A stretch of 61,481 nucleotides of DNA from a virus. Taxonomy: Duplodnaviria > Caudoviricetes. The stretch spans positions 1 to 61,481 of the IMG/VR virus record IMGVR_UViG_3300040781_000188; one strand, given 5' to 3'. Shown here piece by piece: positions 38,613-49,544 of the stretch. The number at the start of each line of letters is the position of its first letter. Positions within the stretch are counted from its first letter, which is position 1. Both the position numbers and the translations under genes were made by a program. The notes beneath the pieces were generated by a model. That model searched no databases. It was not told the origin of the DNA and worked only from the letters and a program-made list of their open reading frames with translations.

Positions 38613-39596
38613 TTGTTTGTGCCGAATGAATTTAGTGATGTAGTCAAAATAATCAGTGGAGAGAATGACGATAATATTGCAAGTAAAATTAGTGGTAATC
38701 AACCACCGGTAAAACATGATGAACCTATTGAAGTGGAAGAAAAAATTATTGTTGATGAGCGACGAATGCCATTTGATGTTGCCACATTTGCTAGAGAAGT
38801 TGCGGATAAATCAGAAAATAAAAATCGAGTGTATGCACAAGTCGCGTCCAATATTAATGCCTATGACGTTTCAGATAATTGTATCCGAAAGATTGTTTAT
38901 AAATTATTAAAAACTCCCGTTCAATCATTTGGCGATAAATGGCTACCTGTTCTTTTTAGGGCCACGTTAGGTTCTGCTTGTCATGATTTTATACAAGGTA
39001 TAAGTAAACAATTTACTGAAAGTGAAATATCATTAAAAATACCTTCTATAAGATTTAGTGGACGATTAGATAATTTAATCGGAAATAATGTACTTGTTGA
39101 AATAAAAAGTTGTACGTTTGAAGATTATAATAAAATTATAAAGAATCAAAGACCAAGAGTTTCTGATTTTAATCAGGTGATGACATATAAATATATTTTA
39201 GAAAATCATTTAGAAGAAGCTAAAGATAAATCTATTAAAGTAAGATCAAATAAACCTTCTCTTGATAAGTATAAGATAGACACTATACAATTTCTTTATT
39301 TAGCACATGATTTAACGACTAGCGATATTGAAGATTTATCCACTGCCTTGAAACTTATTAAGTCTGTTAAGAAGTTGTTAAATTCTAAACGTAATCCATT
39401 TTATTTCATAACAAGCTTAGTTGTCGATACTAATTGTTTTGATGAAACTCCATATATTAATTATATTAAAGATAAAATATCTCAAATTAATCATTATGTT
39501 GATACTAATAAATTGCCGCCTGCCGAAGATAAATATGTGAATAGATCTCAATGTTTCTTTTGCATCTATTCCCCTATATGTGACATTAAAAAGTGA
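38613..39596 (+). CDS. Cas4-like PD-(D/E)xK exonuclease with Fe-S cysteines
   Basis: NCIRK, GSACH, GRLD, VEIKS, QVMTY, C-terminal CFFCIYSPIC. Confidence 0.8.
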   Translation: MFVPNEFSDVVKIISGENDDNIASKISGNQPPVKHDEPIEVEEKIIVDERRMPFDVATFAREVADKSENKNRVYAQVASNINAYDVSDNCIRKIVYKLLKTPVQSFGDKWLPVLFRATLGSACHDFIQGISKQFTESEISLKIPSIRFSGRLDNLIGNNVLVEIKSCTFEDYNKIIKNQRPRVSDFNQVMTYKYILENHLEEAKDKSIKVRSNKPSLDKYKIDTIQFLYLAHDLTTSDIEDLSTALKLIKSVKKLLNSKRNPFYFITSLVVDTNCFDETPYINYIKDKISQINHYVDTNKLPPAEDKYVNRSQCFFCIYSPICDIKK

Positions 39597-39608
39597 TGTG
39601 GTGATATA

Positions 39609-40499
39609 ATGAATATAGATAGATTGTGTGAACATCTTGAAAAGAATTTAGATCTTACTGAGTTTATTTTTGAAGTTTCACCAAGTCGTTCCCCATTACT
39701 TAAAGAGATAGAAACCAATTTTGATATTATAAGAAAAAGTTTAGTGTCTAATAATGAATCAAACAGAAGAGTTATTTTAAAACAAGTAACATTGTTAAGA
39801 AAGAATATCAAAGCTTTCACAGGTATTAATGCTGTGTATTTTTCGATTAAACCTGATTTATTTAACGCATATGTCCATACTAAATATAAAAACATTCTTC
39901 CTAAGTTATTCTCCAAAGAAAATGTTTCTAAATTTAGTGGTATAAAAGCTGAAGAATCTCCAAAATATATTGAAGGAGTATATATTGTCTTTGGTGATAA
40001 ATTAATCAAAGAAATATCACCAAGACAGTCGACATCTATATTGTTACATGAAATTGGGCACATCTATCAATATACATCAAAGATGTCATATATCACTCCA
40101 TGGATATTAAAAAATACAAGTCAATTTGCTATACTTGGGACTCTTATAAATCCAGTTACTATACCTGTCGCATTATTGTTATTTGGTTTTGCTAGAACTC
40201 TTACATTTTTTGATCATGTTGGTGAATTTAAAAGTGACGAATACGCTGTCAAATATGGGTACGGTGATGAGATGGCGAAAGTAATGTATAAATTTAGTCA
40301 ATATTATAAGAAACCCAAAGAATCATCTTGGTTAAGATCAACTGTTGCATTTATTAAAAATATATTTTCTCTTTCAACGCATCCAGAAGAAACAAAAAGA
40401 GTTTGTGCTATTATAGATAAAATGAAAAAAGATTATAAGAAGAAATACCCAAAGATGTCCAAGGAGATATCGACGATTTATGCAGATATTAAGTGCTAA
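39609..40499 (+). CDS. M48-like zinc metallopeptidase
   Basis: LLHEIGH, EFKSD.YA.KYGYG, STHP. Confidence 0.8.
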   Translation: MNIDRLCEHLEKNLDLTEFIFEVSPSRSPLLKEIETNFDIIRKSLVSNNESNRRVILKQVTLLRKNIKAFTGINAVYFSIKPDLFNAYVHTKYKNILPKLFSKENVSKFSGIKAEESPKYIEGVYIVFGDKLIKEISPRQSTSILLHEIGHIYQYTSKMSYITPWILKNTSQFAILGTLINPVTIPVALLLFGFARTLTFFDHVGEFKSDEYAVKYGYGDEMAKVMYKFSQYYKKPKESSWLRSTVAFIKNIFSLSTHPEETKRVCAIIDKMKKDYKKKYPKMSKEISTIYADIKC

Positions 40500-40517
40500 T
40501 TTCTAAGGGGTAAAATA

Positions 40518-42695
40518 ATGAATTTGACAGGAAACCTACTGTATTCTAAAGCTACTGCTGGATTGAGAGATCCTAAAAATATTATAAAGGATAACCAGTT
40601 TAAATTAGTTTATATATACCCCATGTTGATAGATAGTAAGTTACAAGGAGAATATGGTAACATGTTGCGGGATTTCATGGCCGTCTCAATGTTGAAAGAG
40701 ATATTTGTAAGTAATGCTCTTAACATTGTTGCTATGGCGTCTAATGATTATCCTCTATCTGATGAGCGTGGGAATAAAATCGATACTCATGCGATGATTA
40801 GTAAAACTGTCGCAACTGGTTATCCTGGAATGGATAAGGACACTGAACGGCAGACTTTAGAAATACCAAGCAATCGTCCAAAAGTAGACCCGTATGAATT
40901 GAAGCAAAGAATACAAGAAAAAACAGCAATGATTAAAAAGTATTTAGCAACAGAACCTCGAATGAAAACTCTTAATCCTTATGTTGAATTAATTACTTTG
41001 GAAAATATGATTGATGTACCAGTTATTGTTGGAACAAAAGCTTATCCATCGGATACATTATCTCTAGCATTTTTAATATCTGTTGCTTTAGCTCATGGTA
41101 GACGTCTTGATAATAGAAATGATATAGATTATATTTTTAGAGTTATGAGAAATATAGATCCTGCAGATTCTTCTTCTCTTTTTGTTGGAATGGTAAATAA
41201 AACTCAGAAGAAACAAACAGGAGCTATTCTTAATTGGATTGAAAACTCTAATAGTAAAGTTGCCGGGATTACTAGAGCTGCTGATAAATATTTATTGAAA
41301 CCAATGGCTAGATTTACAGGATTAAGTAAACCAGAACCTACTGCCATATATGTTAAAGATAGAACAAATGCTAGAGAACAGACTTTTAAAGATTTTGTCA
41401 CAGCTTCGGCTGATCAATCTAGAAGGGGTCAATTTGATATATTGAATGTACTGAAATCAGATATTGATGATTTACAATTATATTTCAAATTTATGACTGA
41501 ACCTGCTCTTTTAGCTAATCAGTTTGGGTTAAAGAAAGATTATTCTCAATTAAAAACTGCTACACAAAAAATTTCTGTAACTGCGCGAGGAATCTTTGAA
41601 GAAATGGAGCATACATTTGCTTCATATATGAGTACGATTGGTAACGCGTATATGCAATCTTGCGCGATGTTAATGTGGCCGCATCAAACAGATTTAGATT
41701 ATGTGTCACTTAAAGGTGCTATAATAGATAATGAGATGTTTTCTGATTTATTTAAAGCGACAGAAGAAGTCGCAAAATCAGTTGAACAACATTTTCATCA
41801 AGGTACACCACAAGAAAGAGAAAATGATGTTAAAGTACTATCTAAAATTTGTTCTAAGACCTTAGGTGATGTACAAAAGAGGATACAACGATTAGGTGAA
41901 AGTGTAGCAGAAAATAGAATTGTTAGTCCATATTATACTCTTGAAGATTTTAATAATTTTGCTGAAAAAGCATTAGATGCTATGAGTGAATTTTCAACTC
42001 AAATATCTATAATGCAAAAACAAGTTACTAAAGTAATGAACGCATCAGAAGAAATATTAGGACCGAAAGGAATAGATGGTATTATAACTTCTCATGTTGA
42101 TGAATTTTTCACAAAAGTTCAATCTAAAGTATGGCCAGATCGAAATAACAGTTCATTTAAGATTAATAAATATGATACGGGAGAAGATTATCCTAATGAT
42201 AAGGCTTCTATAATTGATGATGATAATGTCATTACTAATACAGTGAATCGATTTCGAGAAGGAACTGCTAATTGGTTTAAAATGTTATATATGTATTCCT
42301 TAATGGAAGCAATTTGTAAATTTTCAACAGTGATTGATATATCCTTAGAAACTGTCAAGAATGATGCGTTAGATTTGCCTAACTATTCATTAGTCATTCC
42401 GCTAGAGACAGTAGCTATGTTACACGCTGCTGTTATTGCAAAGAATTGGCGAACTATGATAAAAAGTGAAGAATCACAAAATACTAACTTGACAGACAAT
42501 TATATTAAGGGTATAGTAAAATTTGTAACTAAGAGATTAGATATCCCGAACCTTTTTGTGATAGACACAAAAAAGAATCAAATCTTTTATAAGTTACAAT
42601 ACATGAGTGTAGTACATAAATCAAATTTGAATACTTTTAAGACATTTGTAGCAACAATGACATCAACAGAATTAGAGAATAGGAACTCATATTAA
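40518..42695 (+). CDS. Large hypothetical protein, probably virion
   Basis: 725-aa ORF with SD. Confidence 0.7.
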   Translation: MNLTGNLLYSKATAGLRDPKNIIKDNQFKLVYIYPMLIDSKLQGEYGNMLRDFMAVSMLKEIFVSNALNIVAMASNDYPLSDERGNKIDTHAMISKTVATGYPGMDKDTERQTLEIPSNRPKVDPYELKQRIQEKTAMIKKYLATEPRMKTLNPYVELITLENMIDVPVIVGTKAYPSDTLSLAFLISVALAHGRRLDNRNDIDYIFRVMRNIDPADSSSLFVGMVNKTQKKQTGAILNWIENSNSKVAGITRAADKYLLKPMARFTGLSKPEPTAIYVKDRTNAREQTFKDFVTASADQSRRGQFDILNVLKSDIDDLQLYFKFMTEPALLANQFGLKKDYSQLKTATQKISVTARGIFEEMEHTFASYMSTIGNAYMQSCAMLMWPHQTDLDYVSLKGAIIDNEMFSDLFKATEEVAKSVEQHFHQGTPQERENDVKVLSKICSKTLGDVQKRIQRLGESVAENRIVSPYYTLEDFNNFAEKALDAMSEFSTQISIMQKQVTKVMNASEEILGPKGIDGIITSHVDEFFTKVQSKVWPDRNNSSFKINKYDTGEDYPNDKASIIDDDNVITNTVNRFREGTANWFKMLYMYSLMEAICKFSTVIDISLETVKNDALDLPNYSLVIPLETVAMLHAAVIAKNWRTMIKSEESQNTNLTDNYIKGIVKFVTKRLDIPNLFVIDTKKNQIFYKLQYMSVVHKSNLNTFKTFVATMTSTELENRNSY

Positions 42696-42707
42696 GGGAG
42701 TCAAACC

Positions 42708-43430
42708 ATGTTTAATAATGAAGATCAGTTAAGTATTATGACTGAAGCCAGAAGCGTATTAAGTCGAATTGATGATGATAGATCTAAAAACATTAGCGCA
42801 TTAGAAGAAGCCCGTCGTGTTGCAAAACATAAAGATATGGGACGAGCGATGTATGAAATTTATGACCCTGTTATTTTCGAAGGCAAAATTAGAGTTGATA
42901 TGATGTATTACGAACAACTGTTTCAGAAATTAGAGCCTGAAGTTAAAGAGAAATTGCAAGAATCTATGGCGCATTTATTTACTAATATCCGTAAAATCTA
43001 TGAATGTATTAATATCAAACCAGAAATTTATGGTAAGGGTATAAACGAAGAAATTATTGATGAATCGATTGAACACGCTCAGCGTAAATTATCTAAAGCT
43101 ATTTATGAAAATCTTGATAAAAATTTCTATCGTCTTAATGAGGAACAAAGACAATCTAAATATTATGAAATTTGTAAGGGAACAATTAAAGATCTTATGG
43201 CTGAAGGAATGGAATCCGATTCTGCTGTTTCTTTCAGTATAAAGACTGCCGTTATTCAAGAATTGTTGAAAAGTATAGCATTCCCATTTTCTGCTTGGAC
43301 TCGTACTAAGCATTTAATGGAGAGTGTACAGTATGCAAAGGTATTTGACCAGGATAGATTAATTAATCTTGTAGAAAGCTTCGAAAAGAAGATCTTTAAT
43401 ATTTCCAAAATAATTGCTACCTGTGTTTAA
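42708..43430 (+). CDS. Hypothetical protein
   Basis: 240-aa ORF, SD GGGAG. Confidence 0.7.
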   Translation: MFNNEDQLSIMTEARSVLSRIDDDRSKNISALEEARRVAKHKDMGRAMYEIYDPVIFEGKIRVDMMYYEQLFQKLEPEVKEKLQESMAHLFTNIRKIYECINIKPEIYGKGINEEIIDESIEHAQRKLSKAIYENLDKNFYRLNEEQRQSKYYEICKGTIKDLMAEGMESDSAVSFSIKTAVIQELLKSIAFPFSAWTRTKHLMESVQYAKVFDQDRLINLVESFEKKIFNISKIIATCV

Positions 43431-43457
43431 AAATCCCACCCCTAAGGAGCATACAAA

Positions 43458-44726
43458 GTGTCTGAAATAGCAAAACTTTATCAGATAATGAGACAACAGT
43501 TCCATTCTAATCCTAGAATAGAACGTCAGGTTTATCAAGACATTTCAAGATTTGTAAGCACAGCATTTACGCAATCCATGCAATCTGACGAAGGATATTG
43601 TTTTAAATTTAGTCTTCCTAATACGGAAGTAATGAAACTATATAAAACGATAGGGTTTGAGATTAAAGAGGTGTTTGACGCATACAAAAAAGATTGGGGC
43701 GCTCCTGCGATGACTAATCAGATGCATAGCGACCCTTACTATCAAATTCTCCTTTTGATTACTTATTACGGAATACTGGAGAAAAAAGAACACCTTTATA
43801 ACCATGCCATGATGCTTTGTTTGATGCGTATATGGAATGGTCGAAAAGTAAGATATATTAAATTTTGCGATAAAAAGATCATGAAGTATGTTACTACTCA
43901 TATGGTAACTAAAAAACATAATGTCGCAAAATACGATACCCCTATTAGTCTATTGCATGATTATTATATTCCTACACTTTATAAGAAATATGGTCCTGAA
44001 ATTAAAAGGAATCCTGCGAAGTTACAACAGTTATTCCAGCAAATGTGGTCTCGTATTAATCAGTTATTTGTATATAATATGAGAACCAGTTTATCGACTG
44101 GAAAAAAAGAAGCACAAGGCGGGATATTACATTTATACATGAAAGCCAAGAAAGATGGAATGTCTCTTTCTAATCCGATTATTGGAATGGGAGATGATAA
44201 TCAACCTCCTGGCTTTGATGAATATTCTACAGTACATGTCCGTGATGAAATGACAAATGACATCACAGACTATATTACAATGAATCCGAATCCGACGTAT
44301 CCTCCTAGTTTAATTAGATATTTTAACGAAAGATTTAACGTTAAAGAAGCAACTATTGGGGCCATATTAAAGGCCATGCATAATCATCAGTATCAAGCGA
44401 TTTTGCAGGATTTAGTTAGTGTTATTCTATCACGGACAAATGTTCTCGAAAAAGTTGATGTCTGTAAAACTAATTATTCAACCGTTGTTAAACGAAATAT
44501 TATATCAAGTAAAAATAATCCAGATACAAAAAAGATTCAAAAACTTTGTAATATTCTTCTTAAAAAGATTTTCGATAATGATTTAAAAGACGATACTGGT
44601 AAACCTCTCACGAAGGTATACGAGAAATATAGTGATGTCTATCAGATCCAAATTAGGAATGTGTTAGTCTATGGAATTGTTCACAATATTAAGAAGACAA
44701 TTTGCCGTGGCAATTTCTCTTCATAA
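43458..44726 (+). CDS. Hypothetical protein
   Basis: 422-aa ORF, SD AAGGAG, GTG start. Confidence 0.7.
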   Translation: MSEIAKLYQIMRQQFHSNPRIERQVYQDISRFVSTAFTQSMQSDEGYCFKFSLPNTEVMKLYKTIGFEIKEVFDAYKKDWGAPAMTNQMHSDPYYQILLLITYYGILEKKEHLYNHAMMLCLMRIWNGRKVRYIKFCDKKIMKYVTTHMVTKKHNVAKYDTPISLLHDYYIPTLYKKYGPEIKRNPAKLQQLFQQMWSRINQLFVYNMRTSLSTGKKEAQGGILHLYMKAKKDGMSLSNPIIGMGDDNQPPGFDEYSTVHVRDEMTNDITDYITMNPNPTYPPSLIRYFNERFNVKEATIGAILKAMHNHQYQAILQDLVSVILSRTNVLEKVDVCKTNYSTVVKRNIISSKNNPDTKKIQKLCNILLKKIFDNDLKDDTGKPLTKVYEKYSDVYQIQIRNVLVYGIVHNIKKTICRGNFSS

Positions 44727-44733
44727 GAAACCG

Positions 44734-44767
44734 ATTAGGCCTAATGTGATAATGCATTAGGCCTAAT
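44734..44767. repeat. Twin 12-bp palindromes (operator-like or hairpin)
   Basis: ATTAGGCCTAAT at 44734-44745 and 44756-44767. Confidence 0.85.
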
Positions 44768-44786
44768 TAGTCATTGGAGTTGTATT

Positions 44787-45596
44787 ATGACAAGCTCTTT
44801 GGCAACAGTTGATATTATGGATATAATAAAGCATGATGGTGATTCACATGCTCATTTAGATTTTTTTCAAGAAATGTTGTTGAAGAATTTTAATCCAGAT
44901 ATAAATGGATATACTCTTTTATTTTTTGTGCCTCCCCCTCTTAGTGGTTTAAAATTTACTCAACACAGCCCTATCGATGGAGCTATAATATCTGAAGGTA
45001 ATAAGCAACAAATAGAAGAGAGTTTATTAACCATTGCTAAATTTATTACTTTCGCGGCTGTAGATTTTTCAACACCACAAGAACAATTAAACACTGAAAG
45101 AGTATCATCAAGAAGTGGCGGTATTCCTTATGCAACTGAATATTCGACGTCAGAACAAATGTCAGTTTCATATCTCGATGACGCAAATTTAACAATTTAT
45201 AATTTTCATCAAGTTTGGATGCATTATATATGGGATTTATTAGAAGGTAAATTAGCTCCAGATGATCAATATTTAAAACCAAGATATGAGAAGATTAATA
45301 ACGTAGGTAATTTTGATTATGGTGATTTTTATGCTGCAATTGATTATGCTTCTTCATTTTATGTTGCTAAATATAAACCAGATCTTAAAACAATTACATA
45401 TATTGGTAAATGTATTGGTTGTTTTCCTCAATCATTACCTTCTAAAGAATTAATAGGGCAAAGAACCACTAATGAATTGACTATGTTGCCTTTCCAATAT
45501 TTTTGCGCTGCGTATCGTGGTGAAGTTATAGTAAACGGTCATTCAAATTGGATATTGGAAGAATTTAGAACAAATGTGTTATCTACTTTTGGATAA
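44787..45596 (+). CDS. Structural protein, possibly tail tube-like
   Basis: Precedes the baseplate wedge gene; size and beta-rich pattern only. Confidence 0.45.
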   Translation: MTSSLATVDIMDIIKHDGDSHAHLDFFQEMLLKNFNPDINGYTLLFFVPPPLSGLKFTQHSPIDGAIISEGNKQQIEESLLTIAKFITFAAVDFSTPQEQLNTERVSSRSGGIPYATEYSTSEQMSVSYLDDANLTIYNFHQVWMHYIWDLLEGKLAPDDQYLKPRYEKINNVGNFDYGDFYAAIDYASSFYVAKYKPDLKTITYIGKCIGCFPQSLPSKELIGQRTTNELTMLPFQYFCAAYRGEVIVNGHSNWILEEFRTNVLSTFG

Positions 45597-45608
45597 ATGG
45601 AGTATGTT

Positions 45609-48497
45609 ATGGCAGAGAGCTCTGTTGTGAATTTTAGAACTCCTCAAGAATTCATAGAATACTATTCAACACAAATGAAGCTTGAATTGTCTGTTTATGA
45701 TTTACAGGTTAATAAATTAGGTTTCATTGGGTTTTTTCTTAATTTACTAGGATATACTAATTATGATGCCAAGCAATATTATGATTCTCTTTTTAAAGAA
45801 TCTTTTATTGCTACATCACAGGAGACAGAGAATTTATATTTCCATTCTGCAACATATGGATACTTGCCGACTTTTGCTACACCTTCTAATGCGTTTGGCG
45901 ATGTTATTTTTGATTTTGCTCTTCTTCCTAAAATGCCAGCGGGTGTAGTTAAAAGAGAAGCAATTATAGGGGCTGATGAAGTTATAAATTTCGAACAAGA
46001 TGGATATAACTTTATTAGCGAATCAAAATATAAGTTTATAGAATCTGTCGACGGTTATAGTTCTATTGTTACAACCAAAGAAGGCCGAGTTAATCAGATA
46101 CCATCTGCTAATTCTGAAGTGCATGCACCTTTTCAGGATTTTAATCAGTATAAGATAGAAGAATTTACACTAACTTTGCCTAATTATAGTTTCGGTACAT
46201 ATTACCCATATGTTGTTGAAATTGATGATGGGCATATTAGCGACATCACTGTTAGTATTAAAACGAAAAACAGTAGCACCGAAGAAGAGTATCAAGTTAA
46301 GTATGTTAAATATTTTGAAGAGAGTTTTTCTAAAACTGTTTTTCTTAGAAAATTAACATCGAAGAAATTTGTAGTTGAATTTGGGTCTGGTGTAAGAGGT
46401 GCATATATTCCTTCGGCAACTGTTAATATTTCAGTCAAGATAACAAAAGGTGAACAAGGTAATATTTCTAAAGAATCATATATTGGTCCAAAAAATTATG
46501 TTGTAATTGTTAATTATTATAGTGCAGCATATAATAATAAAATAGAGACTTTAGCAGCTCAAAGTGCTCAGAAATTTATTAAGATGCATTTTCAATACTC
46601 TAAAGATGGGGAAAACCCTCTTACTGGAGATGAATTAAGAAATCAAATTGTTTCACATATCCAAAGTTATGATATGTTAGTTTCTGAGCGCGACTTTTAT
46701 AATATAGCTCAGAAGTATATAAACGATTTTAAATTCTTGTTCAAGAAAACTAACGTACAAGAAAATATATTTTATTTGTGTAGATCGTTTAGAGACAAAT
46801 ACCAGTTAGTTTGTCCGACAACAAACTTAACCATTCCAGAGATTGATAATACATTATTTACGACAAATGAAACATCCTCAATTCTTGATGTTGGTGAAGT
46901 TGAGGCTGGTAATATTACTTATAATATTTTACCATCCGATGGATTCAATAATGCTGTAGAGACAGTTATAGTTGTAGATGCTATTTCTAGAGAATCATTA
47001 ATATCTGGTGATTATTCTTTTGTTTTCGAATCAAATGAAGTTCTTTGTTCCAACCAGACTGACTATGATAATATTAATGTTAGTGATTGGATTTACCCGC
47101 AAGATAATTTCGATAATAGATTACAGGTACTAAGTAAAGATGACACAGATGGGTATAAATTAATTCTTTCGGGATTGTATCAAGGAATTGATTCTACTGG
47201 AGATTTAGTAGTTTATTCTCCAACATCTATTCAGTTAGATTGGGATGCAGTTCCTGGAGCAGTTAAATATAAAATTTTTAAATCATATGATAATATAGAT
47301 TATCAATGTATAAACGTTTATACAAATCAAGTTATAGATGACGGTACTAATTTTGTAGATTGTTCATATTACACTAGTCAAGAATTAGTATTTAATCCTA
47401 TTTTTGATATTGCTGGTAAAACAATGATTAGCCCATTCCTTTATAAGTTTAATAGTTTTATGGGATGGTATGATGGGTATCTTCTTTATGATAGTTTAAT
47501 TGTCCATTTTTCAGAAACTAAGAACACTGGTCTTTCTAACTATGATATTCCTGTTTTATATTTCTTTATAAGGTATGATATTAATCAAGCTAAAACTATT
47601 ATAGAATTAAAATCACATCAAGACATATCACAATATCAATTTAGCATCACAATAAGTGAGAAAAGTATATATAATCAATTACTCACTAATATTAATACAA
47701 CAACATTTCGATATGAATATGATGTTGATGATGGTCTCTTTTGGGAAGAATTTCAGATTCAATTATTTGCCACAACAACATATGACCATTCTTTTGAAGG
47801 TATGACGAATTCTATTTATCAAGTTAATGATATAAAAGATCAATTAGTTGTTCATAAGCATAAAGAATTTGTCTATGTTGGAGAAACAATAGATTCTATT
47901 AACAATTTTATTATTAATATTCCTCTTATTGGTTATGATGAATTTATTGATGATGAAGAATTCTATCAGAATAAAATTAAACAGTACATTATAGATAACG
48001 ATATTCCTGGTAATAGAATGGTATCAGATGATTTACAATTTAGATTTCTTGATACTATACAGGTATCTTCATATTATCTAGAGAATTTTACGACCCAAAA
48101 ATATAATAGTTTTGAAATTAAATTCCCACTCAATCTTTCTATTGAAATCCTTGTAGATAGCGATCTTGTTATCAAGAGAAAAATAAACCTTGCAGAGAAA
48201 ACTTCAGACTTCAATTTGATGGTTGCTGATTGGTTACAAAAGAATCATACTGGAACCAGTATAGCGTTTTACAATAGTCAAGTTGTAGATCTAATACATA
48301 CTGATCAAGAATGGATTAAACAAGTAGTTGTTGAATTAACAGATTCAGTGGGGACAGTTATTCCTAATGGTATAGAAACTCTTTCTGACCGTCAAGGACT
48401 GAAAAATATTAAAGATGATAAGTTAGGAATTATTAAGTACACGTCTTGGTTTTGGCATTGGAATGTTGATAATATTGATATTAAAATGACGCTTTAA
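45609..48497 (+). CDS. Baseplate wedge subunit (T4 gp6-like)
   Basis: ESFIATSQ, VEFGSGVRG, GENPLTGDELR...LVSERDF motifs; ATG 45597 or 45609. Confidence 0.7.
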   Translation: MAESSVVNFRTPQEFIEYYSTQMKLELSVYDLQVNKLGFIGFFLNLLGYTNYDAKQYYDSLFKESFIATSQETENLYFHSATYGYLPTFATPSNAFGDVIFDFALLPKMPAGVVKREAIIGADEVINFEQDGYNFISESKYKFIESVDGYSSIVTTKEGRVNQIPSANSEVHAPFQDFNQYKIEEFTLTLPNYSFGTYYPYVVEIDDGHISDITVSIKTKNSSTEEEYQVKYVKYFEESFSKTVFLRKLTSKKFVVEFGSGVRGAYIPSATVNISVKITKGEQGNISKESYIGPKNYVVIVNYYSAAYNNKIETLAAQSAQKFIKMHFQYSKDGENPLTGDELRNQIVSHIQSYDMLVSERDFYNIAQKYINDFKFLFKKTNVQENIFYLCRSFRDKYQLVCPTTNLTIPEIDNTLFTTNETSSILDVGEVEAGNITYNILPSDGFNNAVETVIVVDAISRESLISGDYSFVFESNEVLCSNQTDYDNINVSDWIYPQDNFDNRLQVLSKDDTDGYKLILSGLYQGIDSTGDLVVYSPTSIQLDWDAVPGAVKYKIFKSYDNIDYQCINVYTNQVIDDGTNFVDCSYYTSQELVFNPIFDIAGKTMISPFLYKFNSFMGWYDGYLLYDSLIVHFSETKNTGLSNYDIPVLYFFIRYDINQAKTIIELKSHQDISQYQFSITISEKSIYNQLLTNINTTTFRYEYDVDDGLFWEEFQIQLFATTTYDHSFEGMTNSIYQVNDIKDQLVVHKHKEFVYVGETIDSINNFIINIPLIGYDEFIDDEEFYQNKIKQYIIDNDIPGNRMVSDDLQFRFLDTIQVSSYYLENFTTQKYNSFEIKFPLNLSIEILVDSDLVIKRKINLAEKTSDFNLMVADWLQKNHTGTSIAFYNSQVVDLIHTDQEWIKQVVVELTDSVGTVIPNGIETLSDRQGLKNIKDDKLGIIKYTSWFWHWNVDNIDIKMTL

Positions 48498-48502
48498 ATA
48501 AA

Positions 48503-48529
48503 GGTCCTCCTCTGTATAAGGGGAGGACC
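48503..48529 (+). terminator. Hairpin after baseplate gene
   Basis: GGTCCTCCT / GGGGAGGACC; no clear U-tract. Confidence 0.5.
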
Positions 48530-48544
48530 AGTAGGTTAGATATT

Positions 48545-48616
48545 ATGAAAGACGTAGGAACATATATAATCCTATTTCTATTAGCTATATGTGTTATGTA
48601 TATGATTTTTCATTAA
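48545..48616 (+). CDS. 23-aa hydrophobic peptide MKDVGTYIILFLLAICVMYMIFH
   Basis: Fills the intergenic gap; AGGT upstream; single TM-like helix. Confidence 0.4.
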   Translation: MKDVGTYIILFLLAICVMYMIFH

Positions 48617-48631
48617 ATATATGAGGGAATT

Positions 48632-48817
48632 ATGTTATCTATATCTAGATTATTTGAAGAAATATCATCATTTCCGCTTTCAAGGAAACTACAGAAAACC
48701 GCATCTAAATTATATATGCGTGGTACCCCAGAATATAACACTATTGCTCAAAGAATTGCGGAAAAGGCTAAAACAGTTTCTCCAAAATATCAAGCAATGA
48801 AAAGGAAGCTTTCGTAA
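48632..48817 (+). CDS. Small basic tagged protein (MLSISRLFEE)
   Basis: SD GAGGG; tag motif. Confidence 0.7.
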   Translation: MLSISRLFEEISSFPLSRKLQKTASKLYMRGTPEYNTIAQRIAEKAKTVSPKYQAMKRKLS

Positions 48818-49176
48818 TGCTATACACATACAAAGCCAAATATTTATCTAATTATGATGGGGACACTATCGACTTCTTAGTTGATTTAGGTTTTGGTATT
48901 TCTTATAAAATAAGAGTAAGGTTATTAGGGGTTAATACTCTAGAAATAAGATCTAAGATTGAAGAAGAAAGAGTTAAGGCAAGATTAGCAAGAGATGTTG
49001 TAAAAATTGAATTGTCTAATGCTGAAGAAATTATAATCAAAACAAAAAAAGATAAGACCGGCAAATATGGTCGATATTTGGCCGATATATTATATAAGCG
49101 CGATAAAATGGCAGAGATGCCAACTAGTTTGGCTCAATTACTTTTAGAACGAGAATTAGCTGTTCCGTATGAATAA
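48817..49176 (+). CDS. Thermonuclease (SNase-like)
   Basis: YDGDTI, VRLLGVNTLE, GKYGRYLA. Confidence 0.9.
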   Translation: MLYTYKAKYLSNYDGDTIDFLVDLGFGISYKIRVRLLGVNTLEIRSKIEEERVKARLARDVVKIELSNAEEIIIKTKKDKTGKYGRYLADILYKRDKMAEMPTSLAQLLLERELAVPYE

Positions 49177-49537
49177 AGAAAGACTTGCTATGATAACTGT
49201 CGAAAGAAGAAAACACAATAGAATTAAAACACCTAAAATTTCATTTGCTGCTATTACCGGTAAAGAACTTTCTATGATAGTAAATAAGAAAGTTGTATTT
49301 GGTAGAGTGTACGATATAGATCCTGATGGGTTATGTGTAACATCTGATACGTTATTACCCGAGGGTAAAAATATTGAATTAATATTAAGACTATTTAAAA
49401 AAGATGTGAAATTTAATGGTAATATTATTCGAGCTAATAAAGAACACGACACTACATTTCTGGCGTTTCTATTTAATTGGAAAAATACACCAGAACAGAG
49501 TAAAGAATTTCTTCAAAAATTCTTAGAGACTATATGA
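49169..49537 (+). CDS. PilZ domain protein 7
   Basis: ERRKHNR plus variant DIDPDG, GNIIR. Confidence 0.75.
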   Translation: MNKERLAMITVERRKHNRIKTPKISFAAITGKELSMIVNKKVVFGRVYDIDPDGLCVTSDTLLPEGKNIELILRLFKKDVKFNGNIIRANKEHDTTFLAFLFNWKNTPEQSKEFLQKFLETI

Positions 49538-49544
49538 GGATAAA

